From Vicugna vicugna (lineage: Eukaryota), in contig MU057632.1 in the NCBI GenBank assembly GCA_013265495.1, positions 232,054-296,053 of the forward strand: DNA of 64,000 nucleotides. The letters run 5' to 3'. Below, one piece after another: positions 12,541 to 25,740 of the stretch; position 1 is the stretch's first letter; the number at the start of each line of letters is the position of its first letter. Both the position numbers and the translations under genes were made by a program. Under the pieces are notes generated by a model. The model saw nothing but the letters and a program-made list of their open reading frames with translations. It ran no database searches and was not told where the DNA came from.

Positions 12541-14185
12541 ACAGAAAGATATGTAACAACATCTACATTTTTATGTACTCAAGTGCACTCTACTAAACTC
12601 TGGTCACTTGTTCACAGCTCAGGAAGTTTTAAGAATCAAGATATTAATTAGCCTTGGGCTTTTTAATAACATGAGTTTCTTTGGATTATTTAGAAACTCA
12701 TTAGCAATAACTGAATTTATATTTCAGAAATTTGAAGGATGTAAACCTACCATTTTGAATTCTTGACCTGGTTATAAAGGAAACTTTTTTGGTGGGAGTC
12801 CTAATGCTTGATTTATTCATAACATGTATCATTGGTCATGCAGTAAATCCAGATTTCCATGTGCCCAAGTCTAAAAATCAGATTTTTATTTTTGATCTGA
12901 AATTGCTAGTGGTCCATGCACCCAAAAGCCAGCTGTGCTTAGGCCTTGGGCTCAGACCATTTGTTGTTACCAGAAGATGCATGAGGCTAAAAGCCCACTT
13001 GCTTCCCAAACAGAAACCTTGTAAATAGAACAAGTCCCCAGTGGGCTCTTTGGTCTCTCCACTCTCTATCTTGGGTTTTGCAAAATAGTAACCTTGAAAT
13101 TAGCAAAGTACCACTGAGCACAGTTGGTATGGAAACAACTTAGGACAGATTTATCCCAGGTTCAAAAGTGATTTTTCCCTGACATAGGATGGAGACTTGA
13201 TGAAGTTGTGGTAGCTTCAGGCACAAAGCTCCACTCAGGTTTACGAGCTGACACTTTTCACTTTCCAACTTCAAGGTCAGAGTCCCTTTCTTACCCTAAG
13301 TGCTTGCTGCTGTACACAACCTATTTCTGTTTATCAGTGCACACAGCCATCCCATGCCCTTCCCTTCTCTCTTTTCCTCCCTAGTCCACCAGGCTTTATG
13401 GAAAAAGTGAGTTGTTCCAATTTATAGTTCATTCAGACAGTTCTGAGACTGTCAAGTTTGATATTTTTGGACTAAGTGAGTGGGTCAGAATGGATGTAAG
13501 TGAAGCAAACTTTCAATCAGATGTGATTTGAGTATATAGCACTATAGTTTAGTGGTAATAGAAAGTATAAGAGTTTAAAAGGCCCATAATAATTCAGACT
13601 AAAATATCTTGGGGTCTTTTTCCATTTTAAAATGAATTGAGCAATTCTGTGTGGCTGAGGATTGACAGCATATTGGAAATAGAGCAAACAGCAGAATTTC
13701 TCACCAGGTAACTGCATTAGCAGCAAGACTCAGAATGCAGTCTTCTGGCTGAAAAGAGCAAGAAGCCTTCTGCTTCTTTATGAGGTGCTTTATGCTCACA
13801 GCTCTTGGCCAATTATACTTAGCTACTGCCAAATTGTGCTTATTGGAAAACACTCTGTGTCCTGTAACTTTAAGCAATATAATGAGACTTCATGGATGCT
13901 GATTCCTCTTGTAATTTGCTTATCACCACAGAGAAACATAATTTAAACTGCTCCCAAGTACCGCCTCCTATTTAAGATGCAACTGGAACACAGGATATTG
14001 CTATGTAATAGCAATCTGGAATACTTCTCTATATTCCTAGGGTTGATTAAAGGTTAAAATTGTGGGCAAACGTTTCCATGATCTTTGAAATTTCTAGACT
14101 TTACAGAAACTCTTTTTTTCCCCCAGAGAGAACTTTTCGTGGGATAAAATGCATTGAATACATCTTATACACAGTTCTTATATTA

Positions 14186-14374
<189 letters not shown>

Positions 14375-14532
14375 TCAATGCTTTGTTTCTAATGAATAAA
14401 TCACCAGACCCATATGAATCGGCACTGATCAAATCATAAGAGCCCTAAAAGGGTCTAACCTTTCTGAATATCAAAACACAGTATGATGCCCAGGGCAAAT
14501 GGGGCTCCTCTGAAACTTTACTGATGATGATG

Positions 14533-14536
<4 letters not shown>

Positions 14537-14566
<30 letters not shown>

Positions 14567-14595
14567 TGTGTGCGTGCGCATGTGCGCATGTATGT
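14537..14595. repeat. (TG)n microsatellite continuing as alternating purine-pyrimidine tract
   Basis: About 14 TG units then ctgtgtgcgtgcgcatgtgcgcatgtatgt; potential Z-DNA former. Confidence 0.95.
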
Positions 14596-14869
14596 TGCCT
14601 GCTCTGCTTAAATGTCTACATCTAAGAATCTGTGAACTTCCCATAAATGTCTTTCCAAGGAGGGTCCTGAGAGGGCCCAGCAGTGTGTTCCACGCTCCTT
14701 TCAAACGAGCAGGTTCACCCTTACGTTTGGCAGCCCTGCTGAACTGTCAGCTGTTCTAAGTGGCTGCTGAGCCATGGGCTCAGTTTCAGAGTCTAAGATT
14801 GCTTGTGGATTCTCATTTGTCATTTCTTTGTAATAATAAGAACAGAAAAGGAAGGGAATGATTCCCTCT

Positions 14870-15040
14870 GACACCCACGTGCCATTTTCGATCAAACCAC
14901 TAGAGAAACTCTCCCCCCCAACCCCGTTCACCGCCCCCAGCTCTATTTGTGCTGCAGCTATGGAAGCGGAAGTCAGAAGCAATGTTTTCTACTGACCAAC
15001 CTACAGACATTTGTGTTCCTAGAAATGGACCTTCCGGGGT
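14870..15040. promoter_or_regulatory. Candidate cis-regulatory motif cluster
   Basis: CACGTG 14876-14881, GCCATTTT 14881-14888, CCGCCCC 14931-14937, GGAAGCGGAAGT 14962-14973, TTCCTAGAA 15016-15024, CTTCCGG 15031-15037. Motif evidence only. Confidence 0.3.
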
Positions 15041-15345
15041 CCAGAGAGGGAGATGAGTTCCCAAAGTAAATGTTTAATAAAAAGGGCAAGCTGTTTTAAA
15101 GTTGAAGTTACTTATCCTGAAATGCAGAAAATAAAAGAAACCAACCAGTATCTGAGCTACTTGCTCTAAGTTGTATTTTTCACTTTTACTTGTTTCTGGG
15201 AAGCTCACACAATCATCTCCTTTAAAACATCGGTGTCTGTGTTCTTCGGGATGGCACTGGGGTTGGTCTCTGCCTCCTAACTCGCCCTGACAAATCGATG
15301 CGTCCTTCTACCACACTTGTCTGGGCGCTCTCAAGGGCCGATAGC

Positions 15346-15567
15346 CGAGGATTGGTAACTCATGGCCTGTGAAACAACTCTGGCCCCTAATGCTTGTTTT
15401 TGTAAATAAAGTTTTATTGGCACACAGCTACACCCATTCATTTGTGTATTCTCTGTGTCTGTGCTTTCACGCCAGGACTGCAGAGCTGAGCATCTGTGAC
15501 AGTAGACAGCATGCAACAGTGAAATATTTACTCTCTGGCTCTTTAGAGGAAAGTTTGCCGACTCCTG
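15346..15567 (+). mobile_element. MER58A (hAT-Charlie non-autonomous DNA transposon)
   Basis: tgtttttgtaaataaagttttattggcacacagc...aaatatttactctctggctctttagaggaaagtttgccgactcctg; about 220 bp, matches recalled MER58A consensus. Confidence 0.9.
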
Positions 15568-15659
15568 ATTGATACCATGCATTTCTTATTTTTTTATATC
15601 TATTCCAGTACAGACCCCAAGTGGAAGCTCATAATTGCTCCAGTTCTGTATGCTGATGA

Positions 15660-15858
15660 CACTTACTAATATTCACAGAGGGCTTCCTACGAGCAAGACA
15701 CTGCTAAGTAAAGCCCCCTCCACATTATCCTCTTACGTTTATAGAGTAGAAATACTATTCCCACTTTGCAGATACAGAAACTGAGCATTAAGAACATTTT
15801 GTGACTCATCCCAGGCTGCTCAGCGGAAAGATGGTTCAAGCACTGTCTGTCCTGGAGT
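15660..15858 (-). mobile_element. MIR SINE
   Basis: Core cccactttgcagatacagaaactgagc. Confidence 0.7.
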
Positions 15859-16738
15859 TGTCGCAGTGTGGCTGAGGGAGTGTACCTGAGGATGGCAATG
15901 GTGTTCTTGGCTCGGCAAGACTTTTGGGGATACCTCTCTCCCTCCTTAAACTGAGAGGGGAGTAGTTATCATTCTGAACAGTAAAAATCTTCAAGAGAAA
16001 GGACATTACTAGGGAAAAAAACCTAGTACATGAGTTAATAACTACTCGTCATACCTTTGACTCATGTACCCAATGATTCAAGATGATTTGGATTATATTT
16101 TAAACTGGCTCGAATGCACTGGGAATTGTAAACTAGAAATTAAATTCCAGTGCACCTACAGACCTCAGAACTACTAATGAGAGAGTAATTCAAGGATCAC
16201 CATGGTCGCTGGGAAGATGATGTGGCATCAAATACAGACTGAGATACATGTTTTCATCCCCTGGTGAGTGGCTGTTACCTGTATAAGCCCCCCGAGTCCA
16301 GGATTAGCAGAAAACATTAGGAAAATGAGCAGGGGCTGATTTCATCTCTTAGACACCTTCTCCCTCCAAGGGCATCTCGAAGGCAGCTTCGTGATCTCTA
16401 CGTGTGTGTTTAAAGCAGATCTACATCATGAGTCCTTTTGCTAGTTTCCCCCTTCATTAATAGTTAGGTGTTGCTTAATCTTTTGTCCTTCACGTCACTA
16501 CTTTGCCCATTTTCTTTATTAAGCTGATCTTACCTTCCTTTCTAACAAGAGTGTTTTCTGTGCTAAAACTCTGCTATTTCTAACAGAAGCCCATTTGAAG
16601 ACTGCAAACTCAGGACCTCCACTGCTCTGGCTGCCTGAGGGGCTGTGGATGAACAAATACATTCACAAATCATGAATTCCCTCAGCCATTCATCCACTTA
16701 TCCAATCAGCAAGTATTAAGTATATAATACTAGACTGA

Positions 16739-17315
16739 ACTATTTACAATAGCCAAGACATAAAAACAACCTAAACGTCCATCAACAGATGACTGGATAA
16801 AGATGTGGTGGTATATTTATACAATGGAATACTACTCAACCATAAAAAAGAATAAAATAATGCCATTTGCAGCAACATTGATGTCACTGGAGAATGCCAT
16901 TCTAAGTGAAGTAAGCCAGAAAGAGAAAGAAAAATACCATATGAGATCACTCATATGTGGAATCTAAAAAAAATTACACAAATGAACTTATTTACAAAAC
17001 AGAAACAGACTCACAAACATAGAGTACAGACTTATGGTTACCAGGGAGGAAGGGGACGGGGAAGGATAAACTGGGAGTTCAAGATTTGCAGATACTAACT
17101 ACTGTAAATAAAATAGATAAACAAGTTTATACTGTATAGCACAGGGACCTATATTCAATAACTTGCAATGGTCTATAATGAAAAAGAATATGAAAAGGAT
17201 TATATATAATATATATATATATATACACGAATAACTGATTCACTATGCTGTACACCAGAAATTAACACATTATAAACTTATGATACTTCAATTAAATATA
17301 TATATATATATATAT
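16739..17315 (+). mobile_element. Young L1 3' end (ORF2 tail plus 3'UTR) with (TA)n tail
   Basis: ctatttacaatagccaagac...gccatttgcagcaac...cacagggacctatattc...ctgtacaccagaaattaacac...cttcaattaaa. Confidence 0.93.
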
Positions 17316-17898
17316 TTAAAAATTACAACAACGAATTAAAGTGACTTGTTATTTAAACTCCCCACTTATAAAGCAAGATATTTGAAAATGTAAAACTTGG
17401 AAGAGTGCCCACAAGGTCCGGAATCCTCAAGGCATTTCATGGCGGGTCTCAGCAAAGCCACATGGACCACGATGTAATAGTTGGGTTTCAGCCCGTGTGA
17501 CGATGTTCTTGGGATGGACCAGCCACAGTGTCTTCTTGACCCACTGCAGCCTCGGCCAGCTGGACCTTGGTGCCTAGTTCCTCATCACTTGAGTTTCTGG
17601 AAGGGATGTGAGGCTGACCTAAGTAAATAGGTGGAAGCACTGAGCAGCCACTGGGCTGCAGTCTATATGTGGGAATGAGCCTCAGTTAAATCGACCAGGC
17701 AAAGATTCATCATTAAAATGACCACAAATGACCGCTGACCAGGGCTGCTGTGCTAATAAACAGGCGATCTGCTGCTCCCTGATGGAGAAGGGGGCCACTC
17801 AGAAAAACATATTAATTCCAGACATTAATGAAATAAAAGTTAGCTGTAAAGGATGAGGGAGAGACAGCATTTGTAAAATCTATGCGAATGTTCCTTTT

Positions 17899-18317
17899 TT
17901 CAAATTTTTACTTTTAAAATTTAAAAACTTTTGTATTTTTTAATTGAAGTATAGTCAGTTTACAGTGTTGTGTCAGTTTCTGGTGCACAGCATCATGTTT
18001 CAGTCATACATGCACATACATATATTCCTTTTCACATTCTTTTTCATTACAGGTTATTACAAGATATTGAATATAGTTCCCTGTGCTATACAGTAGAAAC
18101 TTGTTGTTTATCTATTTTATATACAGTAGTGTGTACCTGCAAATCTCGAACTCCCAATTTATCCATTCCCAGCCCCTTTCCCCCTTGGTAACCATAGGTT
18201 TACTTTCTATATCTCTGAGTCTGTTTCCGTTTTGTAAATAAGTTCATTTGTGTCTTTTTTTTCCCCTAGATTCCACATATGAGTGATATCATATGGTATA
18301 TTTTTCTTTCTCTTTCT
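17899..18317 (-). mobile_element. Young L1 3' end
   Basis: Family match; TSD gaatgttcctttt (17886-17898) / gaatcttcctttt (18318-18330). Confidence 0.93.
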
Positions 18318-19586
18318 GAATCTTCCTTTTAAAGGCATCTTTTCAAGAGATAATTTTGGTGCTGACACCATGGGAAACAATCCAGTTTAACAGTTTTGAT
18401 AATATGAACCCACGTGGATTAAATTTTCCATGCTTTGTTTCAAAGGGTCTGTTTATGCAAGAGAGTAGCAGAGGTTGAAACGTGTTAAAAGAGGTTTGAC
18501 AACAGTTGTCTGGTCTGAGTGATTTTTCCATAAAAATGATGGTCAATTTATTAGGCAAACAATAACTTAATCATTGTAATTTTCTGAGTCTATGATCATA
18601 GCTGTTACATTATCTGAAAATGAATAATAGAAATTCTGAAGTACATTTATTTAAACATTTTTTGTTGGGAACAAACTTTACATAGGGGATAAAAGTAGGT
18701 TTAAAGTTATTTTTCCTTGCCAGCAGAAAGCTGTTTTAAAAGTACTATATTTGATAATAAAAAATCAATTATGAATTTGGTTTCTTGCAACTGGGTAGAC
18801 CCATATGATCCATTTACTTTGAAAATAGATTTTCCTTGAAAGGTGGCCTGAGAGCACCCACAGTATCATGGGAGATCTCAGTGCAGTTCTTTGCTACACA
18901 TATGCCAGCAGGACCCATTCTTTCTCATGAAATGAGAATTTTAAGCTTTGCAGAATGAAACCTTTCACCAAACGGAGCCTGGCCATCCTATGGGGGCTGA
19001 GGAGTGGGGGACTGCCACCGATTTTCTCCACTCCTTTTGGCCTTCAGAAATAAAGTAGCAAAGTGACTAAGACAGCAGAAAGCAAAGTCTTTGCAAGAAA
19101 AGTACTCTTGGCAGTAGACTTTATGATGTGGTACAACATCAGGAAAAAATAAACCCAGCAGACAGATGTCTCCAGACAGTAATAACCATAAACTCTGAAA
19201 TTACTACACATGTAAGTACCTGCCCAAAGGGTACGGAAGATACGTGTTTCTCTTGGGATTGACCTACAACGGCACTTGTGGCTCTTGGGGACCCGAGTTG
19301 AAAGGAAGCTGAAAGCCAGCATCACGCTGTGTGGAGCCACTGAATAGTTTATGGACCAGCAGAGTTGGCAAGCAGTGGACAGACACTAGGCAGAACGTAC
19401 TTCCCACCTCTAAAAATACACTTGTAGTCTTAAAAACTGTAGACGCTCCTCTGGGGCCCAGTAAGTAAGTAAAAGGGTTTGCTTTCCCTTGACACTGCTA
19501 TCTAGATAAGCATCAAGAATATTTTTTTTTTGTTTGTGCCCAAAAACATTGAAGTTGGTGATTCCACGTGTATAAGAAACACAACT

Positions 19587-21650
19587 GAGGTGGGGGTGGT
19601 CAACACGGTGGAGTAGGAAGGCCCTGGGCTCACCTCCTCCCACACAAACACACAGCAAAATTATGGCTATTTACATAGCAATTAGCTACAAAGATGACCT
19701 GAAGCTTAGCAGAAAATATTTCCTACAACCAAAGGCATAAGGAAAACACCGTAGTGAGAAGAGTAGGAAGGGCAGAGATACGGTGTAGTCAAGACCCACA
19801 CCCCCGGTGACCAGCAATCAGGAGGATAATCACAACTGAGAGGTGCCGAGTCCCACACTGAGCTCCCAATCATGGGGCTCTTGCCCTGGAAAGCTGAGCC
19901 CCCAGAACACCTGGTATTAAAGGTCAGCAGGGCTTGTGCATGAGGGAGAGAGCCAGAGGACTGCAGGAAACAGAGACTCCACTCTTAAAGGGTGTGCACA
20001 AAATCTCACATGCTCCAAGTCCAAGTGCAGAGGCAGTGATCTGAAAGAAGCCTGAGTCAGACTTACGTGCTGCTCTCGAAGACACGCCCAGAGAGGCAGG
20101 AGGCAACTGGGACTCCTCTTGAGGGCACAGATGCCAGAGGCAGCCGTTTGGGGAGCTCATTTCACCACAAGACGCTGGTGCAGGCACGCACCAGTCTGGG
20201 GTCCTTCTGGCCGACTAGTGCTGGGATCTGGCCCTACCAACCAGCAGGCAAGGCATCCAACTGGGACAGTGGCCAACCCTGCCTGCCACATCCACGGTCG
20301 TCAGCCCGCCACAGCAGAAGGGCCCACAGAGCCCAGATGGGGGCACCTCTGGAGCATGTAGCCAAGACGGTAAGAGCCCAGTGTGCTGCTGGGCTCCACA
20401 GGACGTCTCCCACATGAGGCCACTTCTGCAAGATGGGAAATAGAACCAACCGACCTAATACATAGAAGTAAGTACAGAGAATTTGGCAAAATAAAGAGAC
20501 AAAGGAACATGTTGCAAACAAGGGAACAAGACAAAACCCCAGAAAAAGAACTGGGCTAAGTAGAGATAAGCAGTCTATGCAATAGAGAGTTCAAGGTAAT
20601 GATCATAAAGATGCTCAACGAAGTTGGGAGAAGAGTGTTGAAACACAGTGAGAAGTTTAAGAAAGAGGTAGGAACATAAAGAAGAACCAAACAGAGCTGA
20701 AGATTACAATAACTGAAATTAAAAAAATACACGAGAAGAAATCAATGGTAGAACAGATGATACAGAGGAACAGATCACCAAGCTGAAACACAGAGTAGTG
20801 AAAATCATCCAAGCTGAAAAAAAAGAAAAAAAAAGATTGTTTAAGATATCTCTGAGACAATATCAAACAAACAATATTCACATTATCGGGGTCCCGGACG
20901 GAGAAGAGAAAGATACCCAGAGAACATATCTGAAGAAATAATAGCTAAAAATGTCCCTAACCTGGGAAGGAAGCAGACATCCAGGCACGTGAAGCACAAA
21001 GTCCTAAACAAGATGAACTCAAAGAGGTCTACTTGGTGGACATACTACATGTTTTGGTGGACTAACTATAATTAAAATGGCAAAACTTAAAGAGAAACTC
21101 TTAAAAGCAGCAAGAGAAAAGCAACTAGTTACAGACAAGGGAACTCCCATGAGACAATTAGCTGACTTTCCAACAGAAACTTTGAGGCCAGAAGGGAGTG
21201 GCATAATATATTCAAAGTGATGAAAGGAAAAACCTACAACTAAGAATATTCTACCCAGCAAGGCTCTGGTTCAGATTTGATGGAGAAATCAAAAGCTGAA
21301 AGAGTTCAGCAGCCTTAAACCAGCTTTACAAAATTGTTAAAAAGGACTTCTCTAAGCTAAAAAAAAAAAAAACAGACCACAACTAAAAATATGAAAATTA
21401 TGAAAGGGAAAAATATCACTGGTAAAGCAAACATACAGTAAAAACAGTAGGTCACCCACTCATAAAGCTAGTGGGAAGGTTGAAAGACAATGTAGTAAAA
21501 CCATCTAACCCAACAATATGTAGTTAAGGGATACACAAAACAAAAATGTGTAAACATGATGCCCAAAACATTAAATGTGCAGGAGAGGGAGGAAAAATGC
21601 CAGGTTGTTACAGTGCATTTAACTTAAGAGAGCATCAAGGTAAAATAATC
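19587..21650 (+). mobile_element. Older L1 5' half: 5'UTR, degraded ORF1 (about 20490-21357) and inter-ORF spacer; no ORF2
   Basis: 5' end gtcaacacggtggagtaggaaggccctgggctcacctcctcccac; ORF1-like KRQRNMLQTREQDKTPEKEL, REFKVMIIKML, LKAAREK, ADFPTETL; many stops and frameshifts. Confidence 0.85.
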
Positions 21651-21658
21651 TCAACTAA

Positions 21659-21691
21659 CTGTCTGTCTGTCTGTCTGTCCATCTGTCTGTC
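21659..21691. repeat. (GTCT)n tetranucleotide repeat
   Basis: ctgtctgtctgtctgtctgtccatctgtctgtc. Confidence 0.9.
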
Positions 21692-22369
21692 AGTGTTGCT
21701 TGGTGGAAAACCGTAATTGAGAGAAAAGCAACTGGAAATTAACCAGGTACTAATATCTGTAATAGATGTCAGGTAACTTTTCCAGCACTGTAAAATTTCA
21801 AGAGCTTGAAAAGTTTTCCAGAGCATCTATCTTTGCCACGAAGCTTTGGGAAACAGAAAGTAATGTAATGCTCTCAAATTTCAAAATGATTTTCCATAAT
21901 AATTCAGTCTTTTAAAGGATTTTTACAAAACCCTTACCCTCCAGTGAAAAACGCAAATGCTTTAATGTGCATACACACACACATACTTTTAAAATACATC
22001 TGAGAATAACTCTCCAACATTAAATGCTTGGACAGAATCCATGGCATCTCTAAAAAGTACTGTGGACCTTAAGGTTTTAACATTTTCTTTCCACTGAGTA
22101 AAATAAAAATTTTTAGACATGGATTTTCTTTTCACAACTGAAAAGTTTACAACCCTATCAATACGGTATGTTTGTGATAACCAGTAATCCATGGACAACA
22201 AATTATGAACTGAGGGCCGCATGCTGTTGAGGGACACCTTTTCCTACTCATTTGGGGTATTGGTGAATGAATGAAGGGACACTGCTTCCTTCCGTTTGCC
22301 AAGATGCTTTCTTTTCAGTTTGATTTCATAAGCCTGGGAGGTTTAGTGGAACTCACACTGGATCAGGTG

Positions 22370-23150
22370 TTAGAAAGCCTGGATTTTGGTTTATCTTCAC
22401 TACTTAGCTTGGAACCTGTGATGGTTCATTTGATGGGTCAACCTGACTGGCCTGGGGTGCCTGTAAACATTATCTGTGTCTGTAAGTTTGTCTCCAGACA
22501 AGATGAGCATTCAAATTGGTGGATTCTGTAAGATAGGCGGCCCTCCCCAATGTGGGTGGGCCCCATCCAATCTGTTGAGGGTCTAAACAGAACAAAACAA
22601 GGAGAAAGGAGGAATTCACCTCTTTTTTTACCATCCTCACTGCTTGAGCCAGAACATCCACCTCATCTCATCTTCTCCTGCCCCTGGACTGGGGCTGGTA
22701 CCATTAGCTCCCTGCTTCTCAAGTCTTAGGACTGAGCCACATCTCTGGCTTTCCTGGGTTTCTAGGTTGCAGATGGTAGCTTGTGGGACTTCTCAGCCTC
22801 CAGAATTACATACGCCATTCCTCGTAATGAATATCCTTTATCTATATGTCTGTTCTATATATCTATATCAATCAATCTATCTATCTAATCTCACTCTCTC
22901 TTTCTCTCTCTACCAATCAATCTACCTATCTTTCTTCCTATATCTCTCTGTCTCTACCCAATGTATGTATGTATGTATGTATCTTCTGAGTTCTGTCTGC
23001 CTGGAGAATACTGACTAACACAGAGCTCTTGGTCAAATCTCTTATCTCCTTTGTGCTTTTGTTTCCTCATCTGTAAAGCAGACTCTAATATCTGCCAGGC
23101 ATTGATAGGATTTGATTATGTGCATGATGAAATGAAAATATTACACAAGC
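22370..23150 (+). mobile_element. MIR split by MLT2 insertion (halves about 22370-22416 and 23023-23150)
   Basis: Left half cctggattttggtttatcttcactacttagc; right half cttggtcaaatctcttatctcc...gtttcctcatctgtaaa. Confidence 0.6.
22417..23022 (+). mobile_element. MLT2 (ERVL) solo LTR with internal (TCTA)n expansion
   Basis: Starts tgtgatggttcatttgatgggtcaacctgactgg; contains ccctccccaatgtgggtgggccccatccaatctgttgaggg; ends ctggagaatactgactaacaca. Confidence 0.9.
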
Positions 23151-25464
23151 ACACGGTACTCTTGTGCGAGGATTATGACATCCCTGAGAGCAGCCCTTTG
23201 ACTTACTTCTTTGAATTTCATTTAAGAAAAACTCACTGAACACCTACTAGGCACCCGTATTACCCACCAGAGCCAGTGAAGCAGCTCAGTAAGTATTCAT
23301 TGACTGGTATTAGATAAATGGTATATTTAATGGCAAAGAGAGAGTCGTCTACGCACTAGTGAAAAGATGCAGATCCTTTTCAGGCTGTCTATTTCTTCAT
23401 TAGATTTCTGCAAAGAAGAATCTTGAAAACCAGCTTGCTGTCATTCAGTCTGAGAGGAGTTCGCAAAGACAGAGGCTGTGACAAAGGCTGCCACGGTGAG
23501 AGAATTTCTCCCCCGTGCCTCGGAAGGTGGTGCCAACTTTCACATTGTGCAAAAGGCCTAACCAACAGTTGCTCCTGTTTCTATGAAAAAATATCTGTCA
23601 CAAAACTCGTTAGGTTATATTTAGCACCTGCTATAAAGTCTAATTCTCCTCCACTGGGTAATTAGATTTGATGTTACTGAACTGCCTGCAGAGAAAACAC
23701 ACTGCAATTTTCTATTTTCGGGTCACGGTGTTGATATTGTATACACGTGGGTGTGTAACACACGCGCGGCGGTCATCAAACCATTGAGCAAACACACCAA
23801 GACTTAGAGACTTAATCAACAGAAGCTGGCAGATACTTTGCTTCGCAATCAGAGTGGGGGTAATGGAGACCACACAGAAATAATATAGAAAGGAGGGGAC
23901 AATATAGAAAGAAGTATGCTGGAGTTTGGGGTGACTATTTTCTTGAGAGCATTTGTCCCAGAGCAGCCTCCTACTCAGGCCTTTAGAACTCCTACCAAGC
24001 AATTCGGTGGAGACATCAGACAACTGGAGGCTGTCACATTTGGACAGAGTCCTCTCAGGGACCTGAGTTTCTGGGATCTTCTCGATGCTCTGAGACAGTA
24101 TCAAGAGGAAAAGACACAGGGACTGGTAACAGAGAAAGAGCAGGAATGGTCAGCTAATTCTGTTTGTGTTCCTCCCTTCGGCACAGGAACTTCCTTTGAC
24201 CCTTAAAGTCTGAGAATATGCTGAACAGGAGATGGAGCAGCAACAAGGACAGTTAGAAGTCGTCAGCCTGTCCAGTAACATTTACAAGACAGCAAGATAC
24301 AGAATAGAATGACATAGACGTGGAGGAGGGCAGAAAAGGGTGTTCTGACCCAAACTGGGACTGGGACAGGAGTCAAACTGCCACCCCAATCTGGCAAACT
24401 GTCTACCCAAGTGAGGAGACTGGTATCGAGTGAGCTAAACTACTGGTTAATATTTATAGGTTTATAATGAAATTGCCATTATTGGATTTCAGAAACAATC
24501 AAATGTCAGCAATTTTACACGGTCCAAGCTTACCTGTTATTCCTGTATTATTCTTTTATTTGGCCACATACACATGTGTATACATTTATATACATTCAAC
24601 ACAAAAGTTCATCTACAGCTTTTTCCTGGATTCAAAAAATTCCCTTAAGAATAATACGTTGGGAGAGAAGAAGGGAAAATGTGGCTTTCCAGGCAGACAG
24701 CAATATTTCTAAAATATTTCCTCTATCTAGAGGGTTTTCAGTTCAGTTACTTTCAAAATTGGTTATGTTTTCAGATCAAAAGCATATCTTGTGTTTTAGG
24801 CACACGTAGCTTTTTAGGTATTAAGGAATACTTTAAAATAAGATACATTTTACAAAATGAATACACAGAAATTGCGGAGCAACCAACATGTTCAAGGCGA
24901 CTATTTTCAGCTTACTCCTCAGCTCATTTGTTTCAGGTATAAATTCATCACTTACTGATTGAGTGACCAGCCGGAAGGGAATCTTAGTAAGAGACCACAC
25001 TGTTTATTCTCAGCCCTGAAGTCGGCCACCCACAAGAGATGAATAAACAGCAGGTGCTGACTACGCGCGCAACACAGGTGGACCTTGGTGTCTCAACTTT
25101 ATTTTTGGCCAAGACAGTGTATTTGCACACCTGTTTGTCAACATGCAATACATGCATAAAAACTTATGGAAGTAAAGTTCTATACACCCTTGTTAGATAT
25201 TCTGATAGGTAAACCTGAGTGAGCTTAGGAAACGATCTGATTATAAAAACAAACCATTGTATCTTAGAATAAATATGGTAAAAATAAGCCCACGAATAAT
25301 ACAGAAACATATAACTTAGAAAATCAAAGTTCCTAGTAATCACTGTCTGCACATTTGCCCATCACCCTCTCCCAAATAATCAGTGTCAACAATTTGGGAG
25401 ATAAAACCTGAGTTTTCCTTTCCTCATGTCAGTATTCCACTTTTTTTTCCAACTACATTTTTAT

Positions 25465-25740
25465 TTCTTTTTTTTAAATTGACATATAACTTTTTACTAG
25501 TTTCAGGTATACAATATAATGATTCAACATATGCATGCACTGTGAAACGATCCCCACAATAAACCTAGCTAACATCCATCACCACACAGTCATTTTTTAA
25601 AATTGTGATGAGAACTTTTAAGACTTACTCTTTTAGCAACTTTCAAATATACAACACAGTATTATTAACTACAGTCACCATGCTGTACATGACATCCCCA
25701 GAACTTATGTATTTTATAACTAGAAGTTTGTGCCTTTTGA
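25465..25740 (-). mobile_element. L1MA-type 3' end
   Basis: gtgatgagaacttttaagacttactcttttagcaactttcaaatatacaacacagtattattaactacagtcaccatgctgtac. Confidence 0.88.

Noticed and set aside
19574..21734. Possible TSD agaaacacaactg / agaaaagcaactg around the L1 5' half
   Set aside because: No polyA precedes the second copy, and a similar string occurs inside ORF1, so a chance match is likely.
23712..24206. Overlapping 130-aa and 96-aa ORFs in unique DNA
   Set aside because: No recognisable protein family, splice context or codon signal.
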